This document shows, piece after piece, positions 28,102-39,115 of a DNA stretch of 64,000 nucleotides. The translations under genes were made by a program, and so were the position numbers. The notes beneath the pieces were generated by a model, which made no database searches, was not told the DNA's origin, and saw only the letters and a list, made by a program, of their open reading frames with translations. Source of the stretch: an uncultured Desulfatitalea sp. (GTDB lineage: Bacteria; Desulfobacterota; Desulfobacteria; Desulfobacterales; Desulfosarcinaceae); assembly GCA_963668675.2 (NCBI GenBank), contig CAXXMB010000002.1, positions 448,001 through 512,000 on the forward strand. Reading direction: 5' to 3'. Position 1 is the first letter of the stretch. Every line of letters begins with the position of its first letter.

Positions 28102-29301
28102 GTGATAAACATGGATGATTTATTTGCCATCGGAGCCGATCAACTGTTCGCCATCACGGCCAATCAGGCCGAACAGATGACGGCCCTCTCCAATCAAGCC
28201 CTGAGCAGCGGTATCGACAAGTATGTCAACGGGGATTATGAAGGGGCGGTCGTTGATTTCAAGCGGGCCTTCGGACTTGATCCCTATGCGGAATACGCCA
28301 TCGATGCGATCAAGTATCGGGCCATGGCCCACCAGAGCCTGGGCGAGACCGAAAAGGCCATCGACACCTATGAGGAGGGCTTGCGCGTACATGGCTATCG
28401 TGACGATCTGCATGTGGGACTGGGCAACCTGCTGATCGGGGAGGGCCGGACGGGCGAAGCCATAGAGTCCTACGAGTCAGCCGTGCGCGTTTACGACGAC
28501 CCCAACAACCGCTTCTCACTCGGTCAGGCCTATCTGAAGGCGGGACGCTACGATGATGCCGCCAATCAATTCGGCAAAGTGATTAAGCACGAGCAGTACA
28601 GCCGCAACGGCTACTACGGCATGGGCCAAGTGTACAGCGCTCAAAAGAACTACACAAAAGCGATCGAACAATTTGAGCAGGCAATCCACAAGGACAATAC
28701 CTTTTACGATGCTTATACGGAAATGGGCTATGCCTACGCCGATGCCGGCAATATGAAAGAAGCCGAAAAGATCCAGAGCTTCCTCGAAGCTGAAGGCAGC
28801 TCACTCTCCTCCCTGCTGGACGCCTATATCGGCAAAGCGACCAAACCCAAAATCATGCTCGCCTATGCCGATAGCACGTTCCCTTACTACATGCCGTCCA
28901 GAAGCAACGTATCGGCCCTCAACAACTATATGGCCAATGCCAATGCCAGCCAGACCTTCAGCATCCGCTTTCAATTCAACAAGGAGATGGATCGCGATTC
29001 AATCGAGAATGTAATGAACTGGACCATCAAACGCTCGGATAAGAGCGGCCCCGGCATGCGTTACAACATGGGGCTCTCGGTTCCCGAAACCGAGGCGAGT
29101 ATCAGCGCTGTACCCACAGGTGTCTATTACGATGAAAAGAGATTTACGGCCACCGTCCGTTTCGATATCCACCAGAACAGCGAAGCCAACGCCACCATCG
29201 ATCCCTCCCACCTGCTTTTTGCCTTCACCGGCGAAGATTCCGACGGCAACACCATGGACCCCGAATTCGACGAATTCATGGGCTTTTCCAAATCGGTATA
29301 A
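28102..29301 (+). CDS. TPR-repeat protein with C-terminal beta-rich domain
   Basis: Several TPR motifs over about aa 30-230. Confidence 0.8.
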   Translation: MINMDDLFAIGADQLFAITANQAEQMTALSNQALSSGIDKYVNGDYEGAVVDFKRAFGLDPYAEYAIDAIKYRAMAHQSLGETEKAIDTYEEGLRVHGYRDDLHVGLGNLLIGEGRTGEAIESYESAVRVYDDPNNRFSLGQAYLKAGRYDDAANQFGKVIKHEQYSRNGYYGMGQVYSAQKNYTKAIEQFEQAIHKDNTFYDAYTEMGYAYADAGNMKEAEKIQSFLEAEGSSLSSLLDAYIGKATKPKIMLAYADSTFPYYMPSRSNVSALNNYMANANASQTFSIRFQFNKEMDRDSIENVMNWTIKRSDKSGPGMRYNMGLSVPETEASISAVPTGVYYDEKRFTATVRFDIHQNSEANATIDPSHLLFAFTGEDSDGNTMDPEFDEFMGFSKSV

Positions 29302-29313
29302 GTAAAAAGCGCA

Positions 29314-30756
29314 TCACGGGGTATAATTGGCCACGTAGAAATCGTCGATCAACCCCTTTGTCTTGAGGGACTCCCCATACATACGGGCCGCCTCCTTGGT
29401 GGCGAAATGGGACACCTTGACCTGGTACCAGGATCGGTTGACGCTCTTGGCTTCGGTCCAGAAAGCATCCACACCTGCCGATTTAAGACCATCCACAAAG
29501 CGTTGGGCATCGTTGCGTTTCAGATAGGCGGCCACCTGTATGGTGAACGGGTCGGTCACTGTCTGGGGCTGGGTTTCGAGCGGTTCAATGGAGGGCGGCA
29601 CTACGGGCAGCGTGGGGCTGGACGACCATTGGTCGACCGTCACCACAACACCGACGGCCACAGCGATGAGGGCAGCAGCCCACCAGCGCGCCTTGGCCGG
29701 TTTTGTGAGTGCCCATGCGACCATCCGGCCGGCTTGACGGTGCCCGAAGGAGCCTGCTTGGCCGCAAATTCCGACGGCCCGATCCAACACCATCTGCACG
29801 GCAATGATGGGCGATCTCCCGGACCGCGGTTGCCTCTCCGTCGATCGCGATCGGTCCGGTTCAAGAGGCTGAAACCGATCCGCCAAATCGTGAACCCGAT
29901 CATCGCTCATATGAGAAAGGGCCTGCCCCGCCTCTGCCAGGAGGCTGCGGTTGCCGGCATTGGGTTTCAGCCGGCAGATCCCTGCAGCCAGACCTTCGAC
30001 GCAGGCCGCATCCCCTTCGGCATGCCCCCTGAGATAGACCTCAAGGGCCCAGTCGTTGATATGGCTCTCATCAAGAAGCAAAGCGCACAAGGGACGAATC
30101 AACTCGGCAGGGAACCCCTCGGCGGTCTGCCAGATCCGACGGTAGGTCTGCAGGGCCTCGAAATCGGAACGCCGTTGGGAGAGGTAGAGTTCGGCCAGCA
30201 GCCGTTGAATGGTCTCATTGGAGCTCAAGGCCGCCCCGATGATCCCGGCCAGGTCGTGCTCTTCCGGGAGATGGTTCTCGCGCCGGATCGCCCCTTCGAT
30301 CCACCCCTGGGCAACCGCTTCATCTTCCGGGCAGATGCGCAGGTAGGCGCACACCACATTCTGCCCGATGGGTCCGAGAACCGGTTGAGCCAAGTGAAAG
30401 CGGGCCAACCGGCCGCTGATCCACTTGGCATTGCGTTGCCGTTGGAGGGGGGAAAACCAGAAGCTGTCGTGGACCGACGCGACCCGATCAAAGGCACCTT
30501 CCGCCTCGGCCACCATGCCGGAACGCTCCCAGACGGTGGCCTCGGAGACCTCTCGCACGATCATCATCATTCCGATTTTATTCATTATCCAGCCAATTAG
30601 AAAAAAGAGGCCGATAAAAATAACCGTTACAGGAAACGCTATCCATTCCATACCTGCCAGCCTGTGCCATGGAGGCAAAACCAGCGCGCAGACCAACACA
30701 CCGCCAAGGGCGGTCATCCAAAAACGCAAACTGAAATGTCTGAAAATCGCACTCAC
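29314..30756 (-). CDS. SPOR domain membrane protein
   Basis: C-terminal FTIQVAAY...WYQVKVSHFATKEAA; N-terminal TM helices. Confidence 0.8.
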   Translation of the reverse strand: MSAIFRHFSLRFWMTALGGVLVCALVLPPWHRLAGMEWIAFPVTVIFIGLFFLIGWIMNKIGMMMIVREVSEATVWERSGMVAEAEGAFDRVASVHDSFWFSPLQRQRNAKWISGRLARFHLAQPVLGPIGQNVVCAYLRICPEDEAVAQGWIEGAIRRENHLPEEHDLAGIIGAALSSNETIQRLLAELYLSQRRSDFEALQTYRRIWQTAEGFPAELIRPLCALLLDESHINDWALEVYLRGHAEGDAACVEGLAAGICRLKPNAGNRSLLAEAGQALSHMSDDRVHDLADRFQPLEPDRSRSTERQPRSGRSPIIAVQMVLDRAVGICGQAGSFGHRQAGRMVAWALTKPAKARWWAAALIAVAVGVVVTVDQWSSSPTLPVVPPSIEPLETQPQTVTDPFTIQVAAYLKRNDAQRFVDGLKSAGVDAFWTEAKSVNRSWYQVKVSHFATKEAARMYGESLKTKGLIDDFYVANYTP

Positions 30757-30808
30757 ACTTTATACTCGCTCATTCGCGCGGAGGATGTTGCCGCTCCTCG
30801 CACAGGTG

Positions 30809-32809
30809 CTAAAATCCCTCTCTGAGGGCCACCCATACATCCGAAGCGTTGTTGCCGTTCGTGGGAAGACCCGTGGCCGAATCGACCGTCTGTAATCGGA
30901 TACCGGCAGGCTGTAAAAAAGGACGTGGCGGCTCCCCTTCGGTGGCGTTGATCATAAACTGGGCCCATATGGGAGCGGCACCGCGGCTGCCGGTGATGCC
31001 GACGCCATTGCGGTCCAACAGCCCCTCCTCCCGATCATACCCGACCCAGACCGATGCGCAGAGGGTCGGTGTGAAACCCGCAAACCATGCGTCGTTGTAA
31101 CCGTTGGTTGTGCCGGTCTTTCCGGCTGCCGGTTTCTTGAACCCCATACGCCGGACGACCTCACCAGTGCCGTGATCCACGACCCCCTTCATCATATCGA
31201 CCACCTGATAGACCAGACGGCTGTCCAGCGTCTGGGTGCCGCTGACAATATGCTCTTCCAACAGCTGTCCATAGGCATCCTCGACACGCCACACCGCAAA
31301 GGGTTCGTATCGGACCCCCTCGGCGGCGAATGTGGCAAAGCCCGAGGCCATCTCCAGGGGGCTCACCCCTGAGGTACCCAAAGCCACCGAGTAGACCGGG
31401 GCCAGGGGGCTTTGGATTCCGCAGCGCCGGGCGACATCGATCACCGCTTCCGGGCCGGTGCGCTCCACCAGTTGGGCGGCGATACTGTTGATCGACTGGG
31501 TAAACGATTTTTTCAGGATGACCGGCCCCTGATAGGTGCGCTTGAAGTTATGCGGGCGCCAATCCGGCGCACCGGCGATGGGGATACGCACCGGCTCGTC
31601 GACGAACACCGTTGCCGGTGTCACGCCCAACGTCTCGAGGGCCGCGTAATAGAGGAACGGCTTAAAGGCCGATCCGGGCAGCCGCTGGTTCTGAACGGCC
31701 CGGTTGTACTCGCTCTCGGCGTAGTTCCGGCCGCCCACCATCGCTTTGATGGCACCCGAATTGACCTGTATGGCCACGAGTGCTCCCTGGGGCGCTTCGG
31801 CAGGTGCGCTGGACTTGCTGCCACCAAGGCTTTTGGCCAGATCGTTCAATCCCCTGGCCAACGACGTCTGGGCCGCCTTCTGCAACTGGGGATCCATGGT
31901 GGTGGTCACCTTCAAACCGCCGTGATAGACCACCTGGGCGCCATAGCGCTCCTCCAGCTGCTTGAACACCCAGTCGACGAAATAGCCGCCCTCCGTCCCC
32001 GATGCCCCCTGGCTGGCGAAGGTCATCTCTTCGGCCGCCGCCGCAGCCGCCTCCTGCGCCTCAATAAAACCGGCGGCGACCATGCGGCCGAGCACCACCT
32101 GTTGGCGGGCCTTGGCGCGCTCGAGATGCCTCAGCGGGTTGTACCGGACGGGCGACTTGGGCAGGCCGGCCAGCAGGGCTGCCTCGGCCACCGTCAATTG
32201 GCCGGGGGTCTTCGCGAAAAAGGCCCTGGCCGCCGCCGCGACGCCCTGGGCGCGCGGGCCGAAATAGATCTGGTTGACGTAGGCTTCCAGGATGTCACGT
32301 TTGCTGAACTGGGACTCGATCTGCAGGGCGACGAGCAGCTCCCTGAATTTGCGCCGATAGGTCTGTTCGAAACTGAAAAAGAGGTTTTTGGCCAGCTGCT
32401 GGGTAATGGTCGACGCCCCCTGAACCCGTCCGCTGAAGAAGGTGCTCCAGAGCGCTTTGAAAAGCCTCACCTTATTGACGCCGTGGTGTTCCCAGAACAG
32501 ATGATCCTCGGTGGCCAGGATCGCCTCCAGAAAGACGATCGACACCTGGTCCAGGGGCACGTAATCGTGGCCTCCGATCTGCAGCACCCGTTCGCCGTTG
32601 GCCGCGTAGATCTCCGTGGGCGGCGTCTCAATGATGCGTCGCAGCGGCTCGGGCACGCTGGGCAGGTCGCGTACGCTCCAGAAAAAAATCAGGGCGCCGA
32701 CCACCGCAGCAAAGCCGCTCACAGCCAGGCAAAGGGCCATGCAACCGGTCAACCAGCGGATCAGTCGCACCATCGGGGTCATGGCTGCTCCTTCCGCATC
32801 CATGGCCAA
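30809..32809 (-). CDS. Class A penicillin-binding protein (PBP1A family)
   Basis: Transglycosylase EDHLFWEHHG, GASTITQQLAKN; transpeptidase SAFK, SIN, KTGT. Confidence 0.93.
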   Translation of the reverse strand: MAMDAEGAAMTPMVRLIRWLTGCMALCLAVSGFAAVVGALIFFWSVRDLPSVPEPLRRIIETPPTEIYAANGERVLQIGGHDYVPLDQVSIVFLEAILATEDHLFWEHHGVNKVRLFKALWSTFFSGRVQGASTITQQLAKNLFFSFEQTYRRKFRELLVALQIESQFSKRDILEAYVNQIYFGPRAQGVAAAARAFFAKTPGQLTVAEAALLAGLPKSPVRYNPLRHLERAKARQQVVLGRMVAAGFIEAQEAAAAAAEEMTFASQGASGTEGGYFVDWVFKQLEERYGAQVVYHGGLKVTTTMDPQLQKAAQTSLARGLNDLAKSLGGSKSSAPAEAPQGALVAIQVNSGAIKAMVGGRNYAESEYNRAVQNQRLPGSAFKPFLYYAALETLGVTPATVFVDEPVRIPIAGAPDWRPHNFKRTYQGPVILKKSFTQSINSIAAQLVERTGPEAVIDVARRCGIQSPLAPVYSVALGTSGVSPLEMASGFATFAAEGVRYEPFAVWRVEDAYGQLLEEHIVSGTQTLDSRLVYQVVDMMKGVVDHGTGEVVRRMGFKKPAAGKTGTTNGYNDAWFAGFTPTLCASVWVGYDREEGLLDRNGVGITGSRGAAPIWAQFMINATEGEPPRPFLQPAGIRLQTVDSATGLPTNGNNASDVWVALREGF

Positions 32810-33684
32810 ACGGTCGTGGCATTCTCTTCGAGCATGCGCTGTATCCGGCGCACCTCATCCCTGGCGCCCTGCATCAACACCACCCGGGGGCCGTCCAGTC
32901 CGCTTACTTCGAATCCCAGGTCCACCGCATCTCCGATCATCCGCTCCGAGATACCGACACGCTCGATACGGCCTTCGACCCTCAACAGATCCTCTGGATG
33001 GGCCACGATGCGCGTACGCTCCTGTTCGGGCAGGCCGTCCAGCGCCTTAAAAAAACGCTCGGCCGGATAGATGCGGCCATTAAAGTCAGCCAATTGATCC
33101 AACCCGGTTCGAATGGCCACTTCACCGCGTTCGATATGGGCCAGCAAAATCTGATCGATGCTCAACCGATGGATCACCTGGTTGTTGGCATCGAGCATGT
33201 AGATCAGCAAACCGTTTCCCTGCCGTTCGAGAAAGGTGCGCTGCCACCGACCGTCGCTCTGGTGGGTCAATAGCGTAAAGGGTGATACGATTTCGTGAGA
33301 AAGGACCGGCGGCAGCTTCAAATAGAGCTCGATGAAGTGTTCGGACGAGATCATGGCCCCCTTGTCTTCTCCCAGATTGGAGACCAACTGCCCCAGTGAG
33401 ACCGCTTGGCGCACCTCGCGCTGCAGGTTTTGGCGCTGATCGGCATATTGGGCCAGTGCGGTGCGCGCCGAGTCGGCCTCGCGGCCCTTCTCCCAGATGG
33501 CGCCCGAGCGGGGACGGTAGGCATTGGTGGAGGTGAGATAGGCCCCCACCGCCTTTTCGATCCAGTCAAAACGAAATTCGGTGATCCCGGCAACGGCAAG
33601 GAGGCAGATCAGCACCACCGACCGCGGCACCAGCAGTCGCCTGCGCCAGATGTTCATGTCTGTCGGGGCATACCAGGGGATCAT
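32779..33684 (-). CDS. Hypothetical membrane-anchored protein
   Basis: 301-aa ORF with an N-terminal hydrophobic helix, overlapping the PBP start. Confidence 0.65.
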   Translation of the reverse strand: MIPWYAPTDMNIWRRRLLVPRSVVLICLLAVAGITEFRFDWIEKAVGAYLTSTNAYRPRSGAIWEKGREADSARTALAQYADQRQNLQREVRQAVSLGQLVSNLGEDKGAMISSEHFIELYLKLPPVLSHEIVSPFTLLTHQSDGRWQRTFLERQGNGLLIYMLDANNQVIHRLSIDQILLAHIERGEVAIRTGLDQLADFNGRIYPAERFFKALDGLPEQERTRIVAHPEDLLRVEGRIERVGISERMIGDAVDLGFEVSGLDGPRVVLMQGARDEVRRIQRMLEENATTVWPWMRKEQP

Positions 33685-33929
33685 TTGGAAGAGGTATCAA
33701 TCCATTTAAGAGAAGGTGTTGTTTGGACCTCACGCACGCTCGGGCGTCAACGCCCTTTCCATGCACTGTTTGCCGGAATAGGAATTCGGACCGGGTTCCG
33801 CTTAATTGGTACCGATATAGTCCAAATTGAAAGGAAGGTCAAAATGTACTTGAGGAGAGAGTGGCGAACGCACCTCTATTTCAATAGGGCAAAACGCCGA
33901 CGCCGCTTTCGAAAGGGGTACTTCGCAAA

Positions 33930-35528
33930 CTACACTTCAGAGAGGGTCTCCACCTCATCGGCAAGGACGTTTGTCAATTCGCCCGACTCGTAAAGCTCCC
34001 GGAACACTTCTATAATACGGGGGTCGAACTGGGTGCCGGCCCCTCCGTACATGATCTCCAGGATCTTATCTTCGGACATCCGTGCACGGTAGGCGCGATC
34101 CGAGGCGATGGCATCATAGACGTCGGCCACGCTGAGAATCCGTCCGAGCAGGGGAATCTCTTCGCCGCTCAATCGATCCGGATAACCTTTGCCGTCATAG
34201 CGCTCATGGTGGCAGCGAACGATCTGCTTTTCACGGTTCCAGAGGCCGAGATGGCTCATGATCTCATACCCGATGACCGGGTGCTGCTGGATGATGCGAT
34301 ACTCCTCCTGGTCCAGCCGTCCCGGCTTGAGCAGGATATCGTCGCGGATGCCGATCTTTCCGATATCGTGCAGCAATCCTGCGACATTGAGGATCTCCCG
34401 CTCTTCATCGGTACACCCCATGGCCTGGGCGAGCGTAACCGCAATCAGGGTAACGCGACTGGAGTGCTGCTTGGTATAGGGATCGCGAGCCTCTATGGCC
34501 TTTACGAAGGCGTAGAGCGTGGAGAGCAGGTTGTTGTAGATGTTCTCGTACAGGGCCAGGTTCTCAATGCCAGTGGACGCTTTTTTGGACATAAAGTCCA
34601 GATAAAAAAGGGCTTTTTCGTCGAAACGATGGTTTCCCTGATAGATGCTGGCCATCAACACCCCCAGCACCTTGGAGCGAATCTTCAAGGGCGCCAGCAT
34701 GAAGGAGAGTACCTCCCCGGGCAACCGGTCGCAACTGCTGCCGTTGGCAACGATCAGTGGATGGTCGTCCTTGATCACCTCGTTGATCAGATCGTAGATT
34801 TTGGGATCGCTTGGCGATAGCAACTGACCGAAACCGGCCATCTGGGCATTGATGACGTCGGTGGTGTTGGCCTTCTTGGTCCAAGGTGCCCCGGCGGCGG
34901 CGATAGGCAGCGGCTCACTGGACTGTTCGTTGACCAGGTAGAAACAGGAGGCATCCGCCTGGACAATATCGACCGCCATGTCCACCAACTGCCGGAACAC
35001 GTCCGTGCTCTCCCGCATGGCTGAAAAGTCGGTCAAAATGCGATTCAGGATGTTGAGCTCTTCGATTTTGTAGAGCAGCTCGGCGTTGAGCTTCTCTATC
35101 CTGGCCTTGCCCGCCACCTCTTTCTGCAGCATGACGTTCTCGATAAACAGCTGACGCTCGCGTAAAACGCGCTGCACACACAGTTCCATCTGGTGCAAAT
35201 TGACAGGCTTGACCAAAAAATCTACCACTCCGTTCTTCAATGTCTGGATGGTGTTATCCAGGGAGGGGTAGCCGGTCATGACGATGACCGGGATGGTGTT
35301 GTCATACTTGCGGATGTGCTCCGCGAGCGCCAATCCATCCATCTCCGGCATGTTGATATCGGTGAAGCAGCAATCGACACGCGTTTCAGAGAGCAGATCG
35401 ACCGCCTCTTTGCCGTTGCTGGCAGTGAGCACATCATATCCGCGCGATGTGAAATAGGTATGCGCGATGTCTATGATGCTCTCTTCGTCATCTACAAAAA
35501 GGATGGTCTCTTTTTGATCGGTATCCAT
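33930..35528 (-). CDS. Response regulator with GAF-like and HD-GYP c-di-GMP phosphodiesterase domains
   Basis: Receiver (VDDE, TDINMP, KP); LHDIGKIG, HHERYDGKGYP, ADVYDA. Confidence 0.92.
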   Translation of the reverse strand: MDTDQKETILFVDDEESIIDIAHTYFTSRGYDVLTASNGKEAVDLLSETRVDCCFTDINMPEMDGLALAEHIRKYDNTIPVIVMTGYPSLDNTIQTLKNGVVDFLVKPVNLHQMELCVQRVLRERQLFIENVMLQKEVAGKARIEKLNAELLYKIEELNILNRILTDFSAMRESTDVFRQLVDMAVDIVQADASCFYLVNEQSSEPLPIAAAGAPWTKKANTTDVINAQMAGFGQLLSPSDPKIYDLINEVIKDDHPLIVANGSSCDRLPGEVLSFMLAPLKIRSKVLGVLMASIYQGNHRFDEKALFYLDFMSKKASTGIENLALYENIYNNLLSTLYAFVKAIEARDPYTKQHSSRVTLIAVTLAQAMGCTDEEREILNVAGLLHDIGKIGIRDDILLKPGRLDQEEYRIIQQHPVIGYEIMSHLGLWNREKQIVRCHHERYDGKGYPDRLSGEEIPLLGRILSVADVYDAIASDRAYRARMSEDKILEIMYGGAGTQFDPRIIEVFRELYESGELTNVLADEVETLSEV

Positions 35529-35641
35529 GCGGAATTCCAGTAGTCCATCAAGTATTTAATATTGTATTATATTTCCGCTGCACTGCGATTGCCCTGGCAT
35601 TCGGTGAAACGCTGCCATAGTGCAACTGTTTTCAAGCATTT

Positions 35642-35668
35642 GTATCGGCCTGTTTCAGCAGAACTTAA
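35642..35668 (-). promoter_or_regulatory. sigma28 promoter for the HD-GYP regulator
   Basis: TTAAGTTC-N11-GCCGATAC on the minus strand. Confidence 0.6.
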
Positions 35669-35709
35669 TCTAAATTTCGTTTGGTGGGGTTGAGGCGGGA
35701 TCGCTCATC

Positions 35710-36609
35710 TCAAGCGTCCCCATAGAGTCGATAAAGCTTACCTGGAAGGCCATGGCCGAACATCTCGCTGAGACGCCGGCTCCAGCGGGCAATTGGGGGG
35801 ATGGAGACACCGGTTTCGAGGTCCAGAACACGCATGAGGTGAAGGGTGTCTTCGGTGGCGATGTTTCCCGACGCCCCTTTGATAAACGGGCACCCCCCCA
35901 AGCCTCCCAGGGAGGTGTCGAAGTGGGAGATCCCCAACTGCAAGGCAGCCATGACGTTGACCAGGCCGAGACCATGGGTATCGTGAAGATGCAGTCCGAC
36001 AGGAACCTCGCCGGCCACCGGCAAAATCGCCTCCAGAACCCTGGCCACCGTCGACGGGGTGGCCAGACCGGAGGTGTCGGCCAGCACCAGGCGGTCAACC
36101 CCCTCTGCGATAAAGATGGTCGCCGTTTGTACCAGTGCTTCGACAGGTGTCTCCATCTCTACGGAACAGCCAAACGTACATTGAAGGCTGCCACGGATAT
36201 GCCGGCCGGCCTGTTTTCCCGCTGCAATCATGCGCACCGCTTCCTGGCGGGCGCGCGCCACCGACATGCCCGAATTTTCCAGACAGTGGGTCTCACTGAC
36301 CGATATGGAGGTCTCGATCCATGCAATGGCGGTGTGGCAGGCCCTTTCGACCCCTTTGAGGTTGAGCGTCAGGGCACTGTATTCGACACTGCCCGACGGG
36401 GGCAGCCGTTCGATCAGCCCCTCGGCATCGGCCATTTGGGGTACACGGGCATCGTGAACGAATGAGGCCACCTGTATGGCGGGCAGGCCCGCATCGACCA
36501 ATCCTGAGATCAGATCCAGCCGCTGGTCGATGGAGAGCACCCTGTCCTCCATCTGGAGGCCGTCGCGCGGCCCGACCTCGGTGATGTGAATGCGGTTGGG
36601 AAGATTCAT
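35710..36609 (-). CDS. Hydroxymethylglutaryl-CoA lyase family protein
   Basis: EVGPRDGLQ, VPQMADA, LADT, HLHDT, GGLGGCPF..GASGNIATED. Confidence 0.9.
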   Translation of the reverse strand: MNLPNRIHITEVGPRDGLQMEDRVLSIDQRLDLISGLVDAGLPAIQVASFVHDARVPQMADAEGLIERLPPSGSVEYSALTLNLKGVERACHTAIAWIETSISVSETHCLENSGMSVARARQEAVRMIAAGKQAGRHIRGSLQCTFGCSVEMETPVEALVQTATIFIAEGVDRLVLADTSGLATPSTVARVLEAILPVAGEVPVGLHLHDTHGLGLVNVMAALQLGISHFDTSLGGLGGCPFIKGASGNIATEDTLHLMRVLDLETGVSIPPIARWSRRLSEMFGHGLPGKLYRLYGDA

Positions 36610-36623
36610 GGCAATTAGTTTAG

Positions 36624-36658
36624 AGTGGAAAGTGGAAAGTGGAAAGCGGAAAGTGAAG
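36624..36658 (+). repeat. Heptamer tandem repeat (AGTGGAA) x~5
   Basis: AGTGGAA AGTGGAA AGTGGAA AGCGGAA AGTGAAG. Confidence 0.75.
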
Positions 36659-36821
36659 GAATGGTTTCGATTATAATTGATTTCAATAAGAGCCGTCTCT
36701 TTGCTTCATTCGACAGGCGGGTTGGAAACAAAATGCTTGACGCTCCCGGCGGTAGCCGATATTTGATTCCGTTTGGAATGCGTAGGAATCTCTGGCTATG
36801 GACCCGATGTACTGTTTGTAG

Positions 36822-38120
36822 GTGATGCTTTTGTCTGACCAACCCATGGAATGTGACGGCGTTCAAGACCAAAACCGGCCGCTTCGTATCTGCCTTTTGA
36901 GCTACCGTGGCAACCCCCACTGCGGGGGCCAGGGCGTCTATATCCGCCATTTGAGCCATGCACTGTGTCAATTGGGGCATCATGTGGACGTGCTGGCCGG
37001 CCAGCCTTACCCGCAACTGGACAATGGTGCCCGGCTCCATCACTTGCCCAGCCTGGACCTATACAATCCCGAGGCCCTGTTTCGCACACCGACGATTCGT
37101 GAGTTGTGCAACCCCATCAACATGCTCGAATGGGTCGGCATCTCCACCATGGGTTTTACCGAACCCCTCTCCTTCGGATTGCGCGCTTATCAGAAGCTCA
37201 GGGCCCATAACGGCTATGACATTCTGCACGACAATCAGAGCCTCTCTTACGGTCTGTGGGCGCTGGCGCGCAACGTGCCCACCATCGCCACCATCCACCA
37301 TCCGATCACCGTGGATCGGGATCTGGCGATCCGGGCCGAAACCGATCTCTGGAGAAAAGCCAAGCATATCAGATGGTACAGCTTCATCGGCATGCAAAAA
37401 AGGGTGGCGCCCAGCCTCAAACGCATCATCACCGTCTCGGCCCACGCACGCGATGATATCAGCCGCGAATTTCGCATTCCCGCCAGCCGTTTCAGCATCG
37501 TGCCCAACGGCATCGACACGGACCGCTTCTATCCCCTGCCCGATATCGAACGGGAGCCCTGCCGGCTGATCGTCACCAACAGCTCAGACATCGCTTTGAA
37601 AGGGCTGCATGTGCTGCTGCGCGCCATCGCTGAACTGGTGCCGATCCTGCCGAAGATAAAACTGGTCGTGGTGGGGATGCCGAAGAAGAAGAGCCCCATC
37701 TACAAATTGATTTCTGAATTGAATCTGGGCCGACGCGTCCACTTCACCGGCCGCATCGATCAGGAGGAATTCATTCGACAATATGCCCGCGCCTGGGCAG
37801 CGGTGGTCCCCTCCCTCTACGAAGGGTTCGGGCTGCCTGCCGGGGAAGCCATGGCCTGCGGTGTGCCGGTCATCAGCACCACCGGCGGCGCCCTGCCCGA
37901 AGTGGTGGGTGACGCCGGCCTCCTGGTTCCCCCAGGTCAATATAGTGCTCTGGCCGATGCCATTGCCGAGGTGTGCAACCATCCCCAACTTGCAGCCACA
38001 CTGGGTCAGGCCGGGTACGACCGTGTCATGACCCACTTTACATGGAGAGCGGCCGCGGAAAAGACCGTCGCCGCCTATCGCCGGACCATCGATGATTACC
38101 GTAGACTTTCAATGCATTGA
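36822..38120 (+). CDS. Glycosyltransferase family 4
   Basis: LLSYRGNPHCGGQGVY, HDNQSL, LKGL, PSLYEGFGLPAGEAMACG. Confidence 0.9.
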   Translation: MMLLSDQPMECDGVQDQNRPLRICLLSYRGNPHCGGQGVYIRHLSHALCQLGHHVDVLAGQPYPQLDNGARLHHLPSLDLYNPEALFRTPTIRELCNPINMLEWVGISTMGFTEPLSFGLRAYQKLRAHNGYDILHDNQSLSYGLWALARNVPTIATIHHPITVDRDLAIRAETDLWRKAKHIRWYSFIGMQKRVAPSLKRIITVSAHARDDISREFRIPASRFSIVPNGIDTDRFYPLPDIEREPCRLIVTNSSDIALKGLHVLLRAIAELVPILPKIKLVVVGMPKKKSPIYKLISELNLGRRVHFTGRIDQEEFIRQYARAWAAVVPSLYEGFGLPAGEAMACGVPVISTTGGALPEVVGDAGLLVPPGQYSALADAIAEVCNHPQLAATLGQAGYDRVMTHFTWRAAAEKTVAAYRRTIDDYRRLSMH

Positions 38121-38805
38121 CATCCCCTCCGGCAGTCGTGTTCTGGATATCGGCTGCGGCTCGGGCCGGCACGTTGCGGCCGCCTACACCCTGGAACGCG
38201 CCACTGTGGTCGGGGCCGACGCCAACGTCGAAGACCTGAAGGCCGCCCGGGAACGGCTCCATTTTCACGACTACCTGGGCGAACACGGCCAGGGCCGCTG
38301 GCTGCTCAGTGCCGCCGACATCACCCGGTTGCCTTTCGATGATGGCGCCTTCGATCTGGTGATCTGTTCCGAGGTGCTCGAGCATATCCCCGACCACCAC
38401 CGCGCCATGGTTGAAATCGTACGCGTACTGAAACCGGGCCACCCACTGGTGGTCAGCGTACCGAGACGTTGGCCGGAGCGCATTTGCTGGTCCCTCTCCA
38501 GGGAGTACCGCCACATGCCTGGCGGCCACGTGCGTATCTATGACGCCCGCGAACTGGTTCAAAAAATCGAAGCGTTAGGCCTCAGCCATTGGCGCACCCA
38601 TTTCGCCCATGGCCTTCACAGTCCCTATTGGTGGCTGAAGTGCCTTCTGGGGTTGGAAAACACCCAACGCCTGCCTGTCAAGCTCTACAACCGTTTCCTA
38701 ACATGGGACATCATGGACCGGCCGCGCCTGACCAGAACACTGGAACGCTGGCTCAACCCCCTGGTCGGGAAAAGCGTGGTGCTCTATTTCCACAAAGCCG
38801 GCTAA
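38092..38805 (+). CDS. Class I SAM-dependent methyltransferase
   Basis: VLDIGCGSGRH, LPFDDGAFD, SEVLEH, RVLKPG. Confidence 0.9.
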   Translation: MITVDFQCIDIPSGSRVLDIGCGSGRHVAAAYTLERATVVGADANVEDLKAARERLHFHDYLGEHGQGRWLLSAADITRLPFDDGAFDLVICSEVLEHIPDHHRAMVEIVRVLKPGHPLVVSVPRRWPERICWSLSREYRHMPGGHVRIYDARELVQKIEALGLSHWRTHFAHGLHSPYWWLKCLLGLENTQRLPVKLYNRFLTWDIMDRPRLTRTLERWLNPLVGKSVVLYFHKAG

Positions 38806-38989
38806 TCGCCCCTATCCCGATCTTTTTAGCAAAAAATCAAAAGCGGCTATCTGAAATGCGAAAGCATAGAGAATGCAGATAGGAGTCGCCGGCATCTATG
38901 CATTAATGATCCAACGGACAGGTCCCCCATTGAAAAAGAGGGGAGCCGTCTCCCTGAATAAATCATTCCCCCGACAAACAAGATATCTC

Positions 38990-39016
38990 TAAAGTTTAAC
39001 ACCGAACAGCCGATAT
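38990..39016 (+). promoter_or_regulatory. sigma28 promoter
   Basis: TAAAGTTT-N11-GCCGATAT, near consensus. Confidence 0.7.
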
Positions 39017-39115
39017 TAACCTCGATTCTTAAATTATAGATCGCAAATGGTCCTTTTGGTGGAAAGCTGCGCGGTAGAAATCACCAATTGAGCCGCACAG
39101 AGACTAACTTTCAAA

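Noticed and set aside
31412..33070. Long antisense ORFs (also 42699-44282, 45420-46745, 60960-62498, 29407-30600)
   Set aside because: Opposite well-supported genes; expected from GC-rich codon bias.
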